Positions 48,610 to 56,248 of a stretch of 64,000 bases of DNA are shown piece by piece (position 1 is the first letter of the stretch; each line of letters starts with the position of its first letter). Source of the DNA: a virus. Lineage: Duplodnaviria; Heunggongvirae; Uroviricota; Caudoviricetes. The position numbers and the translations under genes are program-made. The stretch is taken from the IMG/VR virus record IMGVR_UViG_3300036790_000261, positions 24,725 to 88,724 of that record. One strand, 5' to 3'. The notes below the pieces were generated by a model. The model worked only from the letters and a program-made list of their open reading frames with translations, was not told the origin of the DNA and did no database searches.

Positions 48610-49109
48610 TCGACAGTGCCGTGGGGTGCGACCCCGGCCCGGCTACCGGACTGGCGTTTCTCGACTACGAGGACGGGCGGCTCGTCGGGCGCAGTCTTCT
48701 CCAGGTCGTCGGGGCGGACGCGCCGGTCGTGCTGCGCGGCATGCTGGTCGCTTACTACAGCGATGACTTCAGCACCGGCCCGCGGGTCGGTCGTCGCGTC
48801 GGGTCGGTGGAGAAGTTCGTCACCGGGGCGAGCGCCGGGTCGCGGGGGAAGAACGCGGACGTCACCCGGCAGCTGGTGATGGAGCTCACCGAGGTGCTGC
48901 AAGAGTTCGGCTACACGGTAGCGATCCGCCCCGCCGCGGACGTCAAGCCGTGGGCAAACAACAAGCGGCTGGTGGCCGCAGGGATCGTCAGCTCGGAGAA
49001 GGCGATGCACGGCGACATGGGGCACAGCTACGACGGGGCCCGGCACTGCCTGTACGGCGCCAAGGAAGCCGGGATCATCCGGGACCCGCTGATCAGGAGG
49101 ACGGCGTGA
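48606..49109 (+). CDS. RuvC-like Holliday junction resolvase
   Basis: N-terminal IDSAVGCDPGPATGLAFLD, matching the RuvC motif I pattern. Confidence 0.5.
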   Translation: MIDSAVGCDPGPATGLAFLDYEDGRLVGRSLLQVVGADAPVVLRGMLVAYYSDDFSTGPRVGRRVGSVEKFVTGASAGSRGKNADVTRQLVMELTEVLQEFGYTVAIRPAADVKPWANNKRLVAAGIVSSEKAMHGDMGHSYDGARHCLYGAKEAGIIRDPLIRRTA

Positions 49110-49333
49110 GCAAGTGCGAACACAACTGGAGTGACTGGACGGTCTGGTTCTTCTACGGGTCAGGCCTGGACATCCGCGAGCGGTTCTGCCGCAACGACAA
49201 GTGCTCCGTCTGGTCTGACTACGAACAGCGCCCGCACGAGCACGACTACGCCCCCGTTCCCGACCCGTTCGCCCCGATCGGCACCGGGCTGACCCTGCAG
49301 ATCTGCACGATCTGCCACGACGTGAAGAGCTAG
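49106..49333 (+). CDS. hypothetical Cys-rich protein
   Basis: GTGA coupling. CxxC...CxxC. Confidence 0.4.
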   Translation: MSKCEHNWSDWTVWFFYGSGLDIRERFCRNDKCSVWSDYEQRPHEHDYAPVPDPFAPIGTGLTLQICTICHDVKS

Positions 49334-49343
49334 AAGGAGAAGC

Positions 49344-49463
49344 ATGGCGCACAAGCACGAGCACACCACTTTCCTAGGCAGGTTTTACGATATGGCGCGG
49401 CAGAAGTGGTACAAGAACTGGCAGTGCGCCTGCGGTGACGAGAAGCAGGAATGGGAGAACTGA
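49344..49463 (+). CDS. mini protein (39 aa)
   Basis: Shine-Dalgarno AAGGAGAAG upstream. It overlaps the next gene through ATGA. Confidence 0.3.
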   Translation: MAHKHEHTTFLGRFYDMARQKWYKNWQCACGDEKQEWEN

Positions 49464-49576
49464 TGGCCGGGCTACCCCCCATGAGTACCTGCTCGTACTG
49501 CCACCAGGACTACCCGACCGTCGGGATCAGCCGGCACGAGGCCGCGTGCCCCGACAACCCGGCGAACAAGTTATGA
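49463..49576 (+). CDS. mini zinc-ribbon protein (37 aa), paralog of 49573..49677
   Basis: CSYCHQDYPT...H..ACPDNPANK. ATGA overlaps at both ends. Confidence 0.35.
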   Translation: MAGLPPMSTCSYCHQDYPTVGISRHEAACPDNPANKL

Positions 49577-49677
49577 GTAACGACGACACCCGGTGCCCGT
49601 GGTGCAAGGGCTTCTACCCGACCACAGAAATCGAGGCCCATAAGCGGACGTGCAGCTTCAACCCGGCTAACAAGTGA
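49573..49677 (+). CDS. mini zinc-ribbon protein (34 aa)
   Basis: CPWCKGFYPT...H..TCSFNPANK. Confidence 0.35.
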   Translation: MSNDDTRCPWCKGFYPTTEIEAHKRTCSFNPANK

Positions 49678-49680
49678 CTG

Positions 49681-49833
49681 ATGGCCCCGGAACCCTGTGA
49701 CGACCCGGCCGGGCACACCTGGGTAGACAGTGAGACGTACTGCGAGGTCTGCGAGTCCCACCCTGCTGTTTACTGCCGGACCTGCTCGGAAATCGTCGAC
49801 CTGATCTGGGACGCTGACCCGAGGGAGGCGTGA
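49681..49833 (+). CDS. mini Cys-rich protein (50 aa)
   Basis: CEVCESHP..YCRTC. Confidence 0.35.
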   Translation: MAPEPCDDPAGHTWVDSETYCEVCESHPAVYCRTCSEIVDLIWDADPREA

Positions 49834-50192
49834 TGTCCTTTTCAGTGCTCGTGAAGACCACCCCGCACATGCTCGGCTCCTACTCCTACGAGCTGGTCAG
49901 CCGGGAGGCGGCCGAGGTGTTCGTGCAGCGGTCCGACGTGTGGTGGTGGTGCTTCCCGGTGGAGGAGGACACCCTGGACGGCAGCAGCTGGCGCAAGGGC
50001 GGGGCGTGGGCCGGGGCTGAGCACATCGCGGACGCCATCGGGGTCAAGCCTTCCGGGCCGGCTCCTGCCGAGGCTTACCCGTTGCCCGGCAAGTTTCAGC
50101 GGGAGGTTGCAGACAGTATCCCGATGGAGGCCTACCTAGCCGACGCGAAGAAGTACGAAGACAACGAGGAGGACGACGATGACCGCTGGTAG
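49833..50192 (+). CDS. hypothetical protein with an acidic C-terminus
   Basis: TGATG overlap with the upstream gene. High GC3. Confidence 0.45.
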   Translation: MSFSVLVKTTPHMLGSYSYELVSREAAEVFVQRSDVWWWCFPVEEDTLDGSSWRKGGAWAGAEHIADAIGVKPSGPAPAEAYPLPGKFQREVADSIPMEAYLADAKKYEDNEEDDDDRW

Positions 50193-50304
50193 CACCGAGC
50201 ATGAAGACAAGTTTTACTGTGACGTGTGCCAGGGCTGGTTCCCGAAAGGCGAGTTCAGGGAGCACTACCACAATGACAACCGGTGGCAGGCCGTGCGCTC
50301 CTAA
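50179..50304 (+). CDS. mini zinc-finger protein (41 aa)
   Basis: Shine-Dalgarno GAGGAGGA. YCDVCQGWF...H..H. It overlaps ORF 50201..50458 in a different frame. Confidence 0.3.
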   Translation: MTAGSTEHEDKFYCDVCQGWFPKGEFREHYHNDNRWQAVRS

Positions 50305-50454
50305 GATCCGGTTCAACGACGAGCTCGGCGCACGGATAGCGCTGCTGCGGACCGGGAGCAGGAAGCAGCGGCGCAAGAGGAACGAGACCCGGGTGTACCG
50401 GTGCGAGCTCTGCCGCGGGTGGCACCTGACCAGCCAGCCGAAGAGGGGGAAGAC

Positions 50455-50835
50455 GTGACTGCAGACCGGAAGATCCAGTGGTGCCGCCGGTGTCATCACG
50501 CGATCACGCTGCTCGGCGGCACGACCCAGGGCTGGGGGCACGTCAGCGACGACGACTGGGCGGGCCCGCAGGGCGAGTGCCAGTGCACCTGGGACCTGAC
50601 CCCGTGCTCACCCGGACTGCCCGCAACCAGGGGACGGCTGGCAACCCGTACCCCGACGCCGATGGGCGGCCTCACCGTTAACTACGTCCTCTACGACGAG
50701 GCGCCTGTCTGCATCCTGAACATCGCCACCGACGGCACCCTCACCGGTACGTTTGAAATGGAGCTCACCGAGTACGGCAAGGCGTGGGTCGCCGCGGAGA
50801 TCCTGAAACTGAAACTGGCTGACCCGCCAGCATAG
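50455..50835 (+). CDS. hypothetical protein sharing the CILNIATDGT module with the GH16 protein
   Basis: GTGA start. It contains a 32-nt stretch identical to 41357-41388. Confidence 0.45.
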   Translation: MTADRKIQWCRRCHHAITLLGGTTQGWGHVSDDDWAGPQGECQCTWDLTPCSPGLPATRGRLATRTPTPMGGLTVNYVLYDEAPVCILNIATDGTLTGTFEMELTEYGKAWVAAEILKLKLADPPA

Positions 50836-50844
50836 ACTTGCCTC

Positions 50845-51735
50845 ATGAGCATCACCCTGGCCTTCGATGCCACGCACCTGTTCATCGGCCAGCTGCCACG
50901 TGGCAGTCAGGCGTGCGGGTACGACACCGGCAGCAACGGGGTGGCCTGGACGGCCGCGGACTGGGCGGCGCACCCGGGCGCGGTGCACATCGACCAGGAC
51001 GTGCACGCTAGCGACTTCACCGCGGACGTGCTTGACTGCGAGAAGGGGGCAGTGCCTGTCGGGTCGGGACTGATCCCCCTGTGGGCTGAGTCTGCGCAGC
51101 ATAACTTCCGGCTAGCCGTCCGGCCTGGCCAGCGGATGCCGGCGATCTACTGCTCAGCCTCCAACGTGACCGCGAACGTCAACGCGCTGGTGCGCGGCGG
51201 GATCAAGGGCGGCGTCGGGCTGTGGGTAGCCAGCTGGGGGATCGGGCAGAACGCTGCGGTCGCTGACGTGCTGGCTGGCACGGGCCCGTTCCCGGTCATC
51301 GGCGTCCAGTTCTCGGACCTCGGTGACATCGACGCCGACGTGTTCAGCGACGCCTGGCTGGCGAACACCTCCCGGGTGCCGGTGCCGGCGCCGGCGTGGA
51401 CGTACGGGCCGGTGCGCGGGCTGCAGGTGGCCTCCGTCGGGCCCAGCTCGGTCAAGGTGAGCTTCAGCGCCCCGTCGGTGACCGTCCCCGCGGGCGTGGT
51501 GAACCCGGTCGGGATCGGCCGCTACGAGATCGCCGTCACCTTGGAGGGCAGCCCGGTCGACCTGAGTACCTACCCGCGGTTCCGGGTTAAGCGGCCTAAC
51601 CCGCAAGCTGAGCAGGTTGGCAGCCTCCCGCCGGGCACCGAGCTGACCGCCTGGGTACGAGCCTGGTCGACTGACCCCGGCGACTCGCACGCGGGCCCGT
51701 GGGCAACGGTTAACTTCGAGACGAAGACCGCATGA
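50845..51735 (+). CDS. putative glycoside-hydrolase-like protein with a C-terminal FN3-like region
   Basis: A TIM-barrel-like N-terminal half (GYDTG...VHIDQD...DCEKG). A palindrome copy lies at codons 17-21. A downstream GTG at about 50941 is an alternative start. Confidence 0.4.
   Translation: MSITLAFDATHLFIGQLPRGSQACGYDTGSNGVAWTAADWAAHPGAVHIDQDVHASDFTADVLDCEKGAVPVGSGLIPLWAESAQHNFRLAVRPGQRMPAIYCSASNVTANVNALVRGGIKGGVGLWVASWGIGQNAAVADVLAGTGPFPVIGVQFSDLGDIDADVFSDAWLANTSRVPVPAPAWTYGPVRGLQVASVGPSSVKVSFSAPSVTVPAGVVNPVGIGRYEIAVTLEGSPVDLSTYPRFRVKRPNPQAEQVGSLPPGTELTAWVRAWSTDPGDSHAGPWATVNFETKTA
50893..50906. promoter_or_regulatory. conserved palindrome core CTGCCACGTGGCAG, copy 5
   Basis: A 14-bp perfect core in the 5' region of 50845..51735. 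Confidence 0.4.
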
Positions 51736-51830
51736 CCTGGAACCCGGACCCCGGTTACGTGCTGATCTTGTCCGTTGTGTTCGCCGCGGCTGCCGCGACT
51801 GTCGCCCTGATGGTGCTGGGCGTTATCTGA
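51732..51830 (+). CDS. tiny membrane peptide (32 aa)
   Basis: ATGA overlap with the upstream gene. Hydrophobic. Confidence 0.3.
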   Translation: MTWNPDPGYVLILSVVFAAAAATVALMVLGVI

Positions 51831-51901
51831 GCCCCGTCCGCGAATTGAACGCGGGACCTCTTTCTTACCAAGAAAGCGCTCTTCCACTGAGCTAACGGGG
51901 C
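51830..51901 (-). tRNA. tRNA-Thr (anticodon GGT)
   Basis: Manual fold: acceptor GCCCCGT/ACGGGGC, D stem GCTC/GAGC, anticodon stem CTTTC/GAAAG with loop TTGGTAA, T arm CCGCG-TTCAATT-CGCGG. Confidence 0.7.
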
Positions 51902-51956
51902 GGGCAAGCGGGGCGCTCTGACCTTGGCGCGCGCAGAGAGGTTGGCCCCGCTTACG

Positions 51957-52091
51957 CTAGCGTTCTACCCGCTGGGTACCGCAGCACGGGCACCGGCCTG
52001 ACCCGTCGGTACTACGGCAGGTGCACCCGCAGCACCCGGGCCCGTAGTTGCCGTGCGTGCACCCGCAGTTCTTGCATACGGGATCACTCAC
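51957..52091 (-). CDS. tiny Cys-rich metallothionein-like peptide (44 aa, 10 Cys)
   Basis: MSDPVCKNCGCTHGNYGPGCCGCTCRSTDGSGRCPCCGTQRVER. Shine-Dalgarno GGAGGAAGAGC then GTGAG. It sits 16 nt after the previous peptide's stop. Confidence 0.45.
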   Translation of the reverse strand: MSDPVCKNCGCTHGNYGPGCCGCTCRSTDGSGRCPCCGTQRVER

Positions 52092-52107
52092 GCTCTTCCT
52101 CCGGGTT

Positions 52108-52248
52108 TTAGCATTCGAGGTGGCAGTCGTTGCTGTGCATGCCGCAGTGATCGAACCGCTTCGCCCCGCGGGCCTTGCACTCTGCGCAGCCGCACTTGCA
52201 CGACCCCTTATAGGGGCAGCTGCCGTTGCTCCCGCTTATCTCTCTCAC
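52108..52248 (-). CDS. tiny Cys-rich peptide (46 aa, 9 Cys)
   Basis: MREISGSNGSCPYKGSCKCGCAECKARGAKRFDHCGMHSNDCHLEC. Shine-Dalgarno CAGGAGGAAAAC then GTGAG. Confidence 0.45.
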   Translation of the reverse strand: MREISGSNGSCPYKGSCKCGCAECKARGAKRFDHCGMHSNDCHLEC

Positions 52249-52302
52249 GTTTTCCTCCTGAAAAGTTGGTGGGCCCCCGCCAATTCCCATGACGGGGGCC
52301 CG

Positions 52303-52375
52303 ATGTCACCGGGGGACTTGAACCCCCAACTTCAGTCTCCAGAGGACTGCGCGCTTCCGATTGCGCCAGGTGTCG
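52303..52375 (-). tRNA. tRNA-like, Gln (CTG) anticodon arm, imperfect acceptor stem (possible pseudo-tRNA)
   Basis: D stem GCGC/GCGC, anticodon stem CAGTC/GACTG with loop CTCTGGA, T arm GGGGG-TTCAAGT-CCCCC. The acceptor has two mismatches. Confidence 0.3.
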
Positions 52376-52419
52376 GTTGGTGCCCTCATGATCGTTGAGG
52401 GACAGCAGCTCTTGCGAGG

Positions 52420-52492
52420 GGTAACGCTCTGCCGACTGAGCTAAGGGACCATGCTGGAGGTCCCTCGGGGGGTCGAACCCCGGACCTTTACC
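52420..52492 (-). ncRNA. rearranged or permuted tRNA-like element (3' half, then CCA-GCAT, then 5' half)
   Basis: A 3' half (GGTAA-AGGTC-CGGGG-TTCGACC-CCCCG-AGGGACC-T-CCA) lies immediately upstream of a 5' half (GGTCCCT-TA-GCTC-AGTCGGC-AGAGC-G-TTACC). The two halves would form a complete cloverleaf except for the anticodon loop. Confidence 0.35.
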
Positions 52493-52638
52493 TTGCACTG
52501 CTGACCTCGCGGGGAGGGCCTCACGGCTAACGGCTCGAAGGACAAGGAGCTTCCGGCTTATCAGCACGGCTCCCGGCTAACGGCATCTGCTAGGTCCTTA
52601 CACCAGTAACACTACCCGACACCGGGCGCAAAGGCAAA

Positions 52639-52698
52639 CCCGGCTCACGAGGCGCTCCGTCAGTGGGCGACGTCTTCACCATGGCCTCGTGAGCCGGG
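52639..52698 (-). terminator. long hairpin (14-bp stem, 32-nt loop) downstream of the reverse-strand gene 52862..53629
   Basis: CCCGGCTCACGAGG ... CCTCGTGAGCCGGG is a perfect inverted repeat. Confidence 0.35.
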
Positions 52699-52861
52699 CC
52701 TGGTTAGTCCTCGGTGTCGATGAACAGCGTGCCGGTCTCCTCGTCCCAGGACAGTCCCTGGATGTTCGTCCACCGCCCGGCCACGTTGACCATGACGTGG
52801 GAGAGGGGCCCTGAAGCGTGGCTAACCGCCTGGTCAATCTCCAGCAGCAGCTCGTCGGGAC

Positions 52862-53629
52862 TCACGGCGCGGTCAGCCAGCCGAAGATGTCGGCGCCCTC
52901 GTTCAGCGGGGTGACCGTCGCCGAGTTCGCCTCCTCGCGGGCCATCTTCACCGCGGTGCGCAGCTTCGACAGCCGCTCCAGCAGCAGGGCCTTACGCTGG
53001 CGGGGCAGCGCGCCGGAGTAGTTCACCGTGCTGTTGTACTCGACGACCTGGTCGCGGGTCGTGACGTCTACCTGCTCCTGGAACTTGTCGGTACCGTTGC
53101 CGCGGTGCCAGTTGAACATGACCTTTTCCTTCTTGTCACCTTCCTGGGGCACCCTGGAGCGCCACTGTCCGGGCTCGGCGTTCTCGTCGGTCCAGTCCTG
53201 CACCGCGTCCAGCTCGGGGAGCGCGGTGACGAGGGTCTGCAGCTTGGTGAGCTCGCCCTCCAGGTACACCAGGTGCCGCACCGGGACGCCCGTCAGGACC
53301 GTGTCACCGTCGACCACCACGTCGGCCTTCGCGGCGCCCTGCGCGGTGTCCAGCGTCAGCGCGGTGTCCCACTTGCCGGTGAGCAGCTTCGCCGCGTCGT
53401 CCATCGCCTGCACCGCGGTGTAGCGAACCCGGGTGACCTGATCCGGCGTCACCTTACGGCGCGGTCCCTTGTTGTCCTTGTCGGGCTCGTCCGCCAGCCG
53501 GGACTTCTTCTCCATCCCGCTGAACAGTTCCTTGGTACCCAGGATGTGCGTCAGCCGGGCCAGGGACGTCTCCGCGTCGGTGCTCAGCCCGCCGATGATC
53601 GCGAGCAGCTGGTGAACCCTTACCGCCAT
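52862..53629 (-). CDS. hypothetical protein (256 aa)
   Basis: The chosen start is an internal ATG with GAGGAG upstream. The annotated GTG 53677 start would overlap the next mini-gene. Confidence 0.5.
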   Translation of the reverse strand: MAVRVHQLLAIIGGLSTDAETSLARLTHILGTKELFSGMEKKSRLADEPDKDNKGPRRKVTPDQVTRVRYTAVQAMDDAAKLLTGKWDTALTLDTAQGAAKADVVVDGDTVLTGVPVRHLVYLEGELTKLQTLVTALPELDAVQDWTDENAEPGQWRSRVPQEGDKKEKVMFNWHRGNGTDKFQEQVDVTTRDQVVEYNSTVNYSGALPRQRKALLLERLSKLRTAVKMAREEANSATVTPLNEGADIFGWLTAP

Positions 53630-53643
53630 GTTGTTCTCCTCTG

Positions 53644-53751
53644 CTAGTCCCTGACCGGGGGGCGAATACCGGTGCACCAGTAGTAGGCCCCGTCCTCAGG
53701 CCAGGTGTGCGGGTCGTGGTACCCGTTGTCGGTGCACTGCTTGCTAGTCAC
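53644..53751 (-). CDS. mini protein (35 aa, 2 Cys)
   Basis: GTG after GGGGAAATA. GC3 about 85%. Confidence 0.35.
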   Translation of the reverse strand: MTSKQCTDNGYHDPHTWPEDGAYYWCTGIRPPVRD

Positions 53752-53764
53752 TATTTCCCCTTGT

Positions 53765-53970
53765 CAAGCCGGGGCGTTGTTGTTCTGGTTTTCGTTCACT
53801 GTGTGGCCCCGGCGTTAATCATGTGGACTTCGTCTGTGGCGTGGCCGGGGCGTAATCAGATTGGGTTTCGCCTGTACTTTGTCCCCGGCGTTGTGATTTT
53901 GGTTACCGTCAGGATTCTGGCCGGGGCGCACGCGGTTTTGTTTTCGTGAGAACAATGGCCCCGGTAAGTT
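53765..53970. repeat. 38-bp periodic repeat array 1 (6 units). GC decamers alternate between GGCCGGGGCG and GGCCCCGGCG.
   Basis: Motifs at about 53767, 53805, 53843, 53881, 53919 and 53957. Each is followed by a T-rich core TTTTGG(T/G)TTTCG. Confidence 0.6.
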
Positions 53971-54379
53971 AAGGCCCCCCGCCAAGCCCCTGACGGAGGG
54001 TTCGTTCTTGAGGCTCGCGCAGCGCCGGGGGAGGGCTTGCGCTGCGGGGCTGTCCTCGTGCCGCCCGTGCACCATTATCAGCAGGGGTTGCGGGCCCCGT
54101 GCACGGACGGCCATCCCGGTCTCCCTCGCTAGCGGGCTTGGAAGAGGCCGGGACGTTGAGCACCTGCGGGCTTCGTAACCGGGGAGTGCACCTCCTGTTA
54201 ATTCTGCCTAAGCAAGAGACAGAAGGACAAAGGTAAATCCCGGTTCAGGCCTGCCCGCAGGGCGTCTAGTTATCCCGTAGTGACGCGGCCGGGGCACCGC
54301 CAGGTGAACAGCTGCGTGTCTCGCCACTCGTGCCCGTGGTGAATTTTCAGCGAGTCGCACTGCTGGTACGGGGCGCTCA

Positions 54380-54649
54380 CGCTAGCGCTGCCCGGGGAAC
54401 GGGCTGACCGCGGTGAGCCAGCGGTCGAGGCCGTAGCCCTGCTCGGTGCCGGGCTCGGCGGCGGGCGCGACGGAGGCGCCCTGGCTGTTACTGAACATCA
54501 CGTGTGTCTCTTTTCGGCTTCTTGCGCTTCTCGGTGCGGATCTTGCCGGACTTGATGCGGGCGTCGTGGCCCTGCCCGTTCCTGGCGGAGTGCATCGCCT
54601 TGTGGTGGCGGCGCTTGTGCTCGGGGTTGTTCCCGTCTCGTCGTGGCAT
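54380..54649 (-). CDS. putative small basic protein (about 89 aa). The frame is uncertain.
   Basis: An ATG...TAG open frame with high GC3 apart from a short A-rich middle segment. It is absent from the ORF track, so my coordinates may be off or an indel may be present. Confidence 0.25.
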
Positions 54650-54982
54650 GCGTTCCAGTTGTCGCGCTGGCGGGTGAGTAAGGCGTTACCCTTGTGGGCT
54701 TCGAAGTAGCAGTGGCCTTACGGGTGATGGAGCCCCCGGCCGGAATCGTACCGGCCACTCAGCGCTACCCGCATGCGATCGCCTGCGAAGTAATCGAGAT
54801 CCTCAAGGAGGGGGCAGGGGTGCCGCCGCCGGTGACTTCCCTGTCAGGTGCCTGCCGTCCCGGGTTGGGAGCGAGACAGCTAGCGTGTTAGCCGGCGGCG
54901 GCGGCGCGGGGCCGGGGTTCCACCGGCACTGACACTCCCTATCCGGAGCTGCCTCTCCTTGGGCTACCCGCGCGTTCCTGGT

Positions 54983-55047
54983 CCCGCAAGCCCGGCCCTG
55001 GCTAGCACACTCGTACTCGTACGGCCAGCCAGGGCCGGGCTTGCGGG
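54983..55047. terminator. strong hairpin (20-bp perfect stem, 25-nt loop) in an apparently non-coding 540-bp region
   Basis: CCCGCAAGCCCGGCCCTGGC ... GCCAGGGCCGGGCTTGCGGG. Confidence 0.35.
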
Positions 55048-55189
55048 AGACGGCAGGGCCTGAACAGGAAAGTATGGGCCGCCCTGGATCGCCCCGCCGT
55101 CTGGTATCAGTTTACCTGTGTCCTGCTGTGTGTCAAACGCGAACCTGTGATACTCCACTGGGGCGTAGTTTCATTAGGCCTCGTAAGAA

Positions 55190-55435
55190 CCATGTCCCCG
55201 GCGTGTTGTCAATAGTGTTCGCTTGGTTATTAGCCGGGGCGTGATGACGTGTGGTTCGCGCTAGTGCTCTGGCCCCGGCGAGATAAGCTTGGAGCTCGTA
55301 CGTCAAGTGGCCGGGGCGTAGCTATTTTGGGTTACGTCCTACCGCTGGCCCCGGCGTTCTCGATTTGGCGCTCGCCGTAAATGTGGCCGGGGCGTGCCTC
55401 AGTTAGTTCTCGTTCCGTCGATGTCCCCGGCCGCC
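55190..55435. repeat. 38-bp periodic repeat array 2 (7 units)
   Basis: GC decamers at about 55194, 55232, 55271, 55309, 55347, 55385 and 55423, alternating CCCC and GGGG centres. The array ends at the stop of 55438..55794. Confidence 0.6.
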
Positions 55436-55437
55436 TG

Positions 55438-55794
55438 CTAGTCCGTCGGGATGCCGTCGTCGGCCAGGGCCTGCAGCAGCTCCGCGGTGTCCCGCTCGCC
55501 CTTCTCGCCGGCTGCGAGGCGTTTCATGAGCCCGTCGTTGGCGGCGATGAACTTAGCTGCCTGCAGCCGGAACTCCACGTCGGGCAGGCCGCCTTCCTCA
55601 CGCTCGGCCATCACGTCAGCGACCGCCGCGAGCACGTCATCGGGATGCTTCTCCGCCAGCTTCAGCAGCACCAGGTGCAGCACCTCGCCGTCAGCGTTCA
55701 GCAGCAGGCCGCTGAGCAGCAACTTGATCTTCGCCCGGGTGTGCCGGTACGGCATGCCCTTCTCCGGGTCTTCCTGGTTCCACCCTCGTGGCAT
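55438..55794 (-). CDS. hypothetical protein
   Basis: AAAGGAG Shine-Dalgarno plus ATG. GC3 is high throughout. Confidence 0.55.
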   Translation of the reverse strand: MPRGWNQEDPEKGMPYRHTRAKIKLLLSGLLLNADGEVLHLVLLKLAEKHPDDVLAAVADVMAEREEGGLPDVEFRLQAAKFIAANDGLMKRLAAGEKGERDTAELLQALADDGIPTD

Positions 55795-55987
55795 CCGGGT
55801 CTCCTTTCAGTAGCGGGTACACAGCGGTCCCGAGTAGCGCGGTCAGGGTAAGTACAGCCAGCAGCGCGGTCCACCAGGACGGGGACAGGGCGCAGGCGAC
55901 CGCGAGCAGCGGGAGGTAGAACACCGGGAACAGGATCAGGAACACGCCGCGGAGGCAGAACGCGAGCACCCGCAGCCTGTCCCGCAC
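55691..55987 (-). CDS. small membrane protein. The 3' part overlaps 55438..55794 and may be the wrong frame.
   Basis: The N-terminal roughly 65 aa are hydrophobic with high GC3. The tail overlaps the next gene by 104 nt. Confidence 0.35.
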   Translation of the reverse strand: MRDRLRVLAFCLRGVFLILFPVFYLPLLAVACALSPSWWTALLAVLTLTALLGTAVYPLLKGDPDATRVEPGRPGEGHAVPAHPGEDQVAAQRPAAER

Positions 55988-55997
55988 GCTTTCCCCC

Positions 55998-56126
55998 TTA
56001 CCGGCTGCAGACGGGGCAGGCCGCCGAGATGCACATGAGCCCCCGGCACCCGTACCACCGCTGGTCGTCAGCTGACCACCAGCGGTGCCCTGGATGACAG
56101 GTTTCCTTAGTGCACTGCTGCTGCAT
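55998..56126 (-). CDS. tiny Cys-rich peptide (42 aa, 7 Cys)
   Basis: MQQQCTKETCHPGHRWWSADDQRWYGCRGLMCISAACPVCSR. The ATG overlaps the TGA of the upstream mini-gene. Confidence 0.4.
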   Translation of the reverse strand: MQQQCTKETCHPGHRWWSADDQRWYGCRGLMCISAACPVCSR

Positions 56127-56230
56127 CAGTGCCCCCCGTGGACCGCGTTGACGACTGTGTTCGTGATGACGCAGGCCAGCAGGACCAGCACGGCCACGGT
56201 GAACAGCCATGAGCTTCCGTTAAGCTTCAC
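56126..56230 (-). CDS. tiny membrane peptide (34 aa)
   Basis: GGGAAGAAGAAAC then GTGAAG, the same start context as the Cys-rich peptides. Hydrophobic. Confidence 0.35.
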   Translation of the reverse strand: MKLNGSSWLFTVAVLVLLACVITNTVVNAVHGGH

Positions 56231-56248
56231 GTTTCTTCTTCCCTGTAC

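Noticed and set aside
52420-52492. attP core for a tRNA-integrating prophage
   Set aside because: No tyrosine or serine integrase or excisionase is recognisable in the window, and both tRNA halves are present (permuted), not just a 3' fragment. The possibility remains open if an integrase lies outside the window.
53707-53949. Forward-strand ORF spanning repeat array 1, and similar ORFs across arrays 3 and 4 (for example 58232..59365)
   Set aside because: They are translations of non-codon-periodic repeats, have low GC3 and sit on the wrong strand relative to neighbouring genes.
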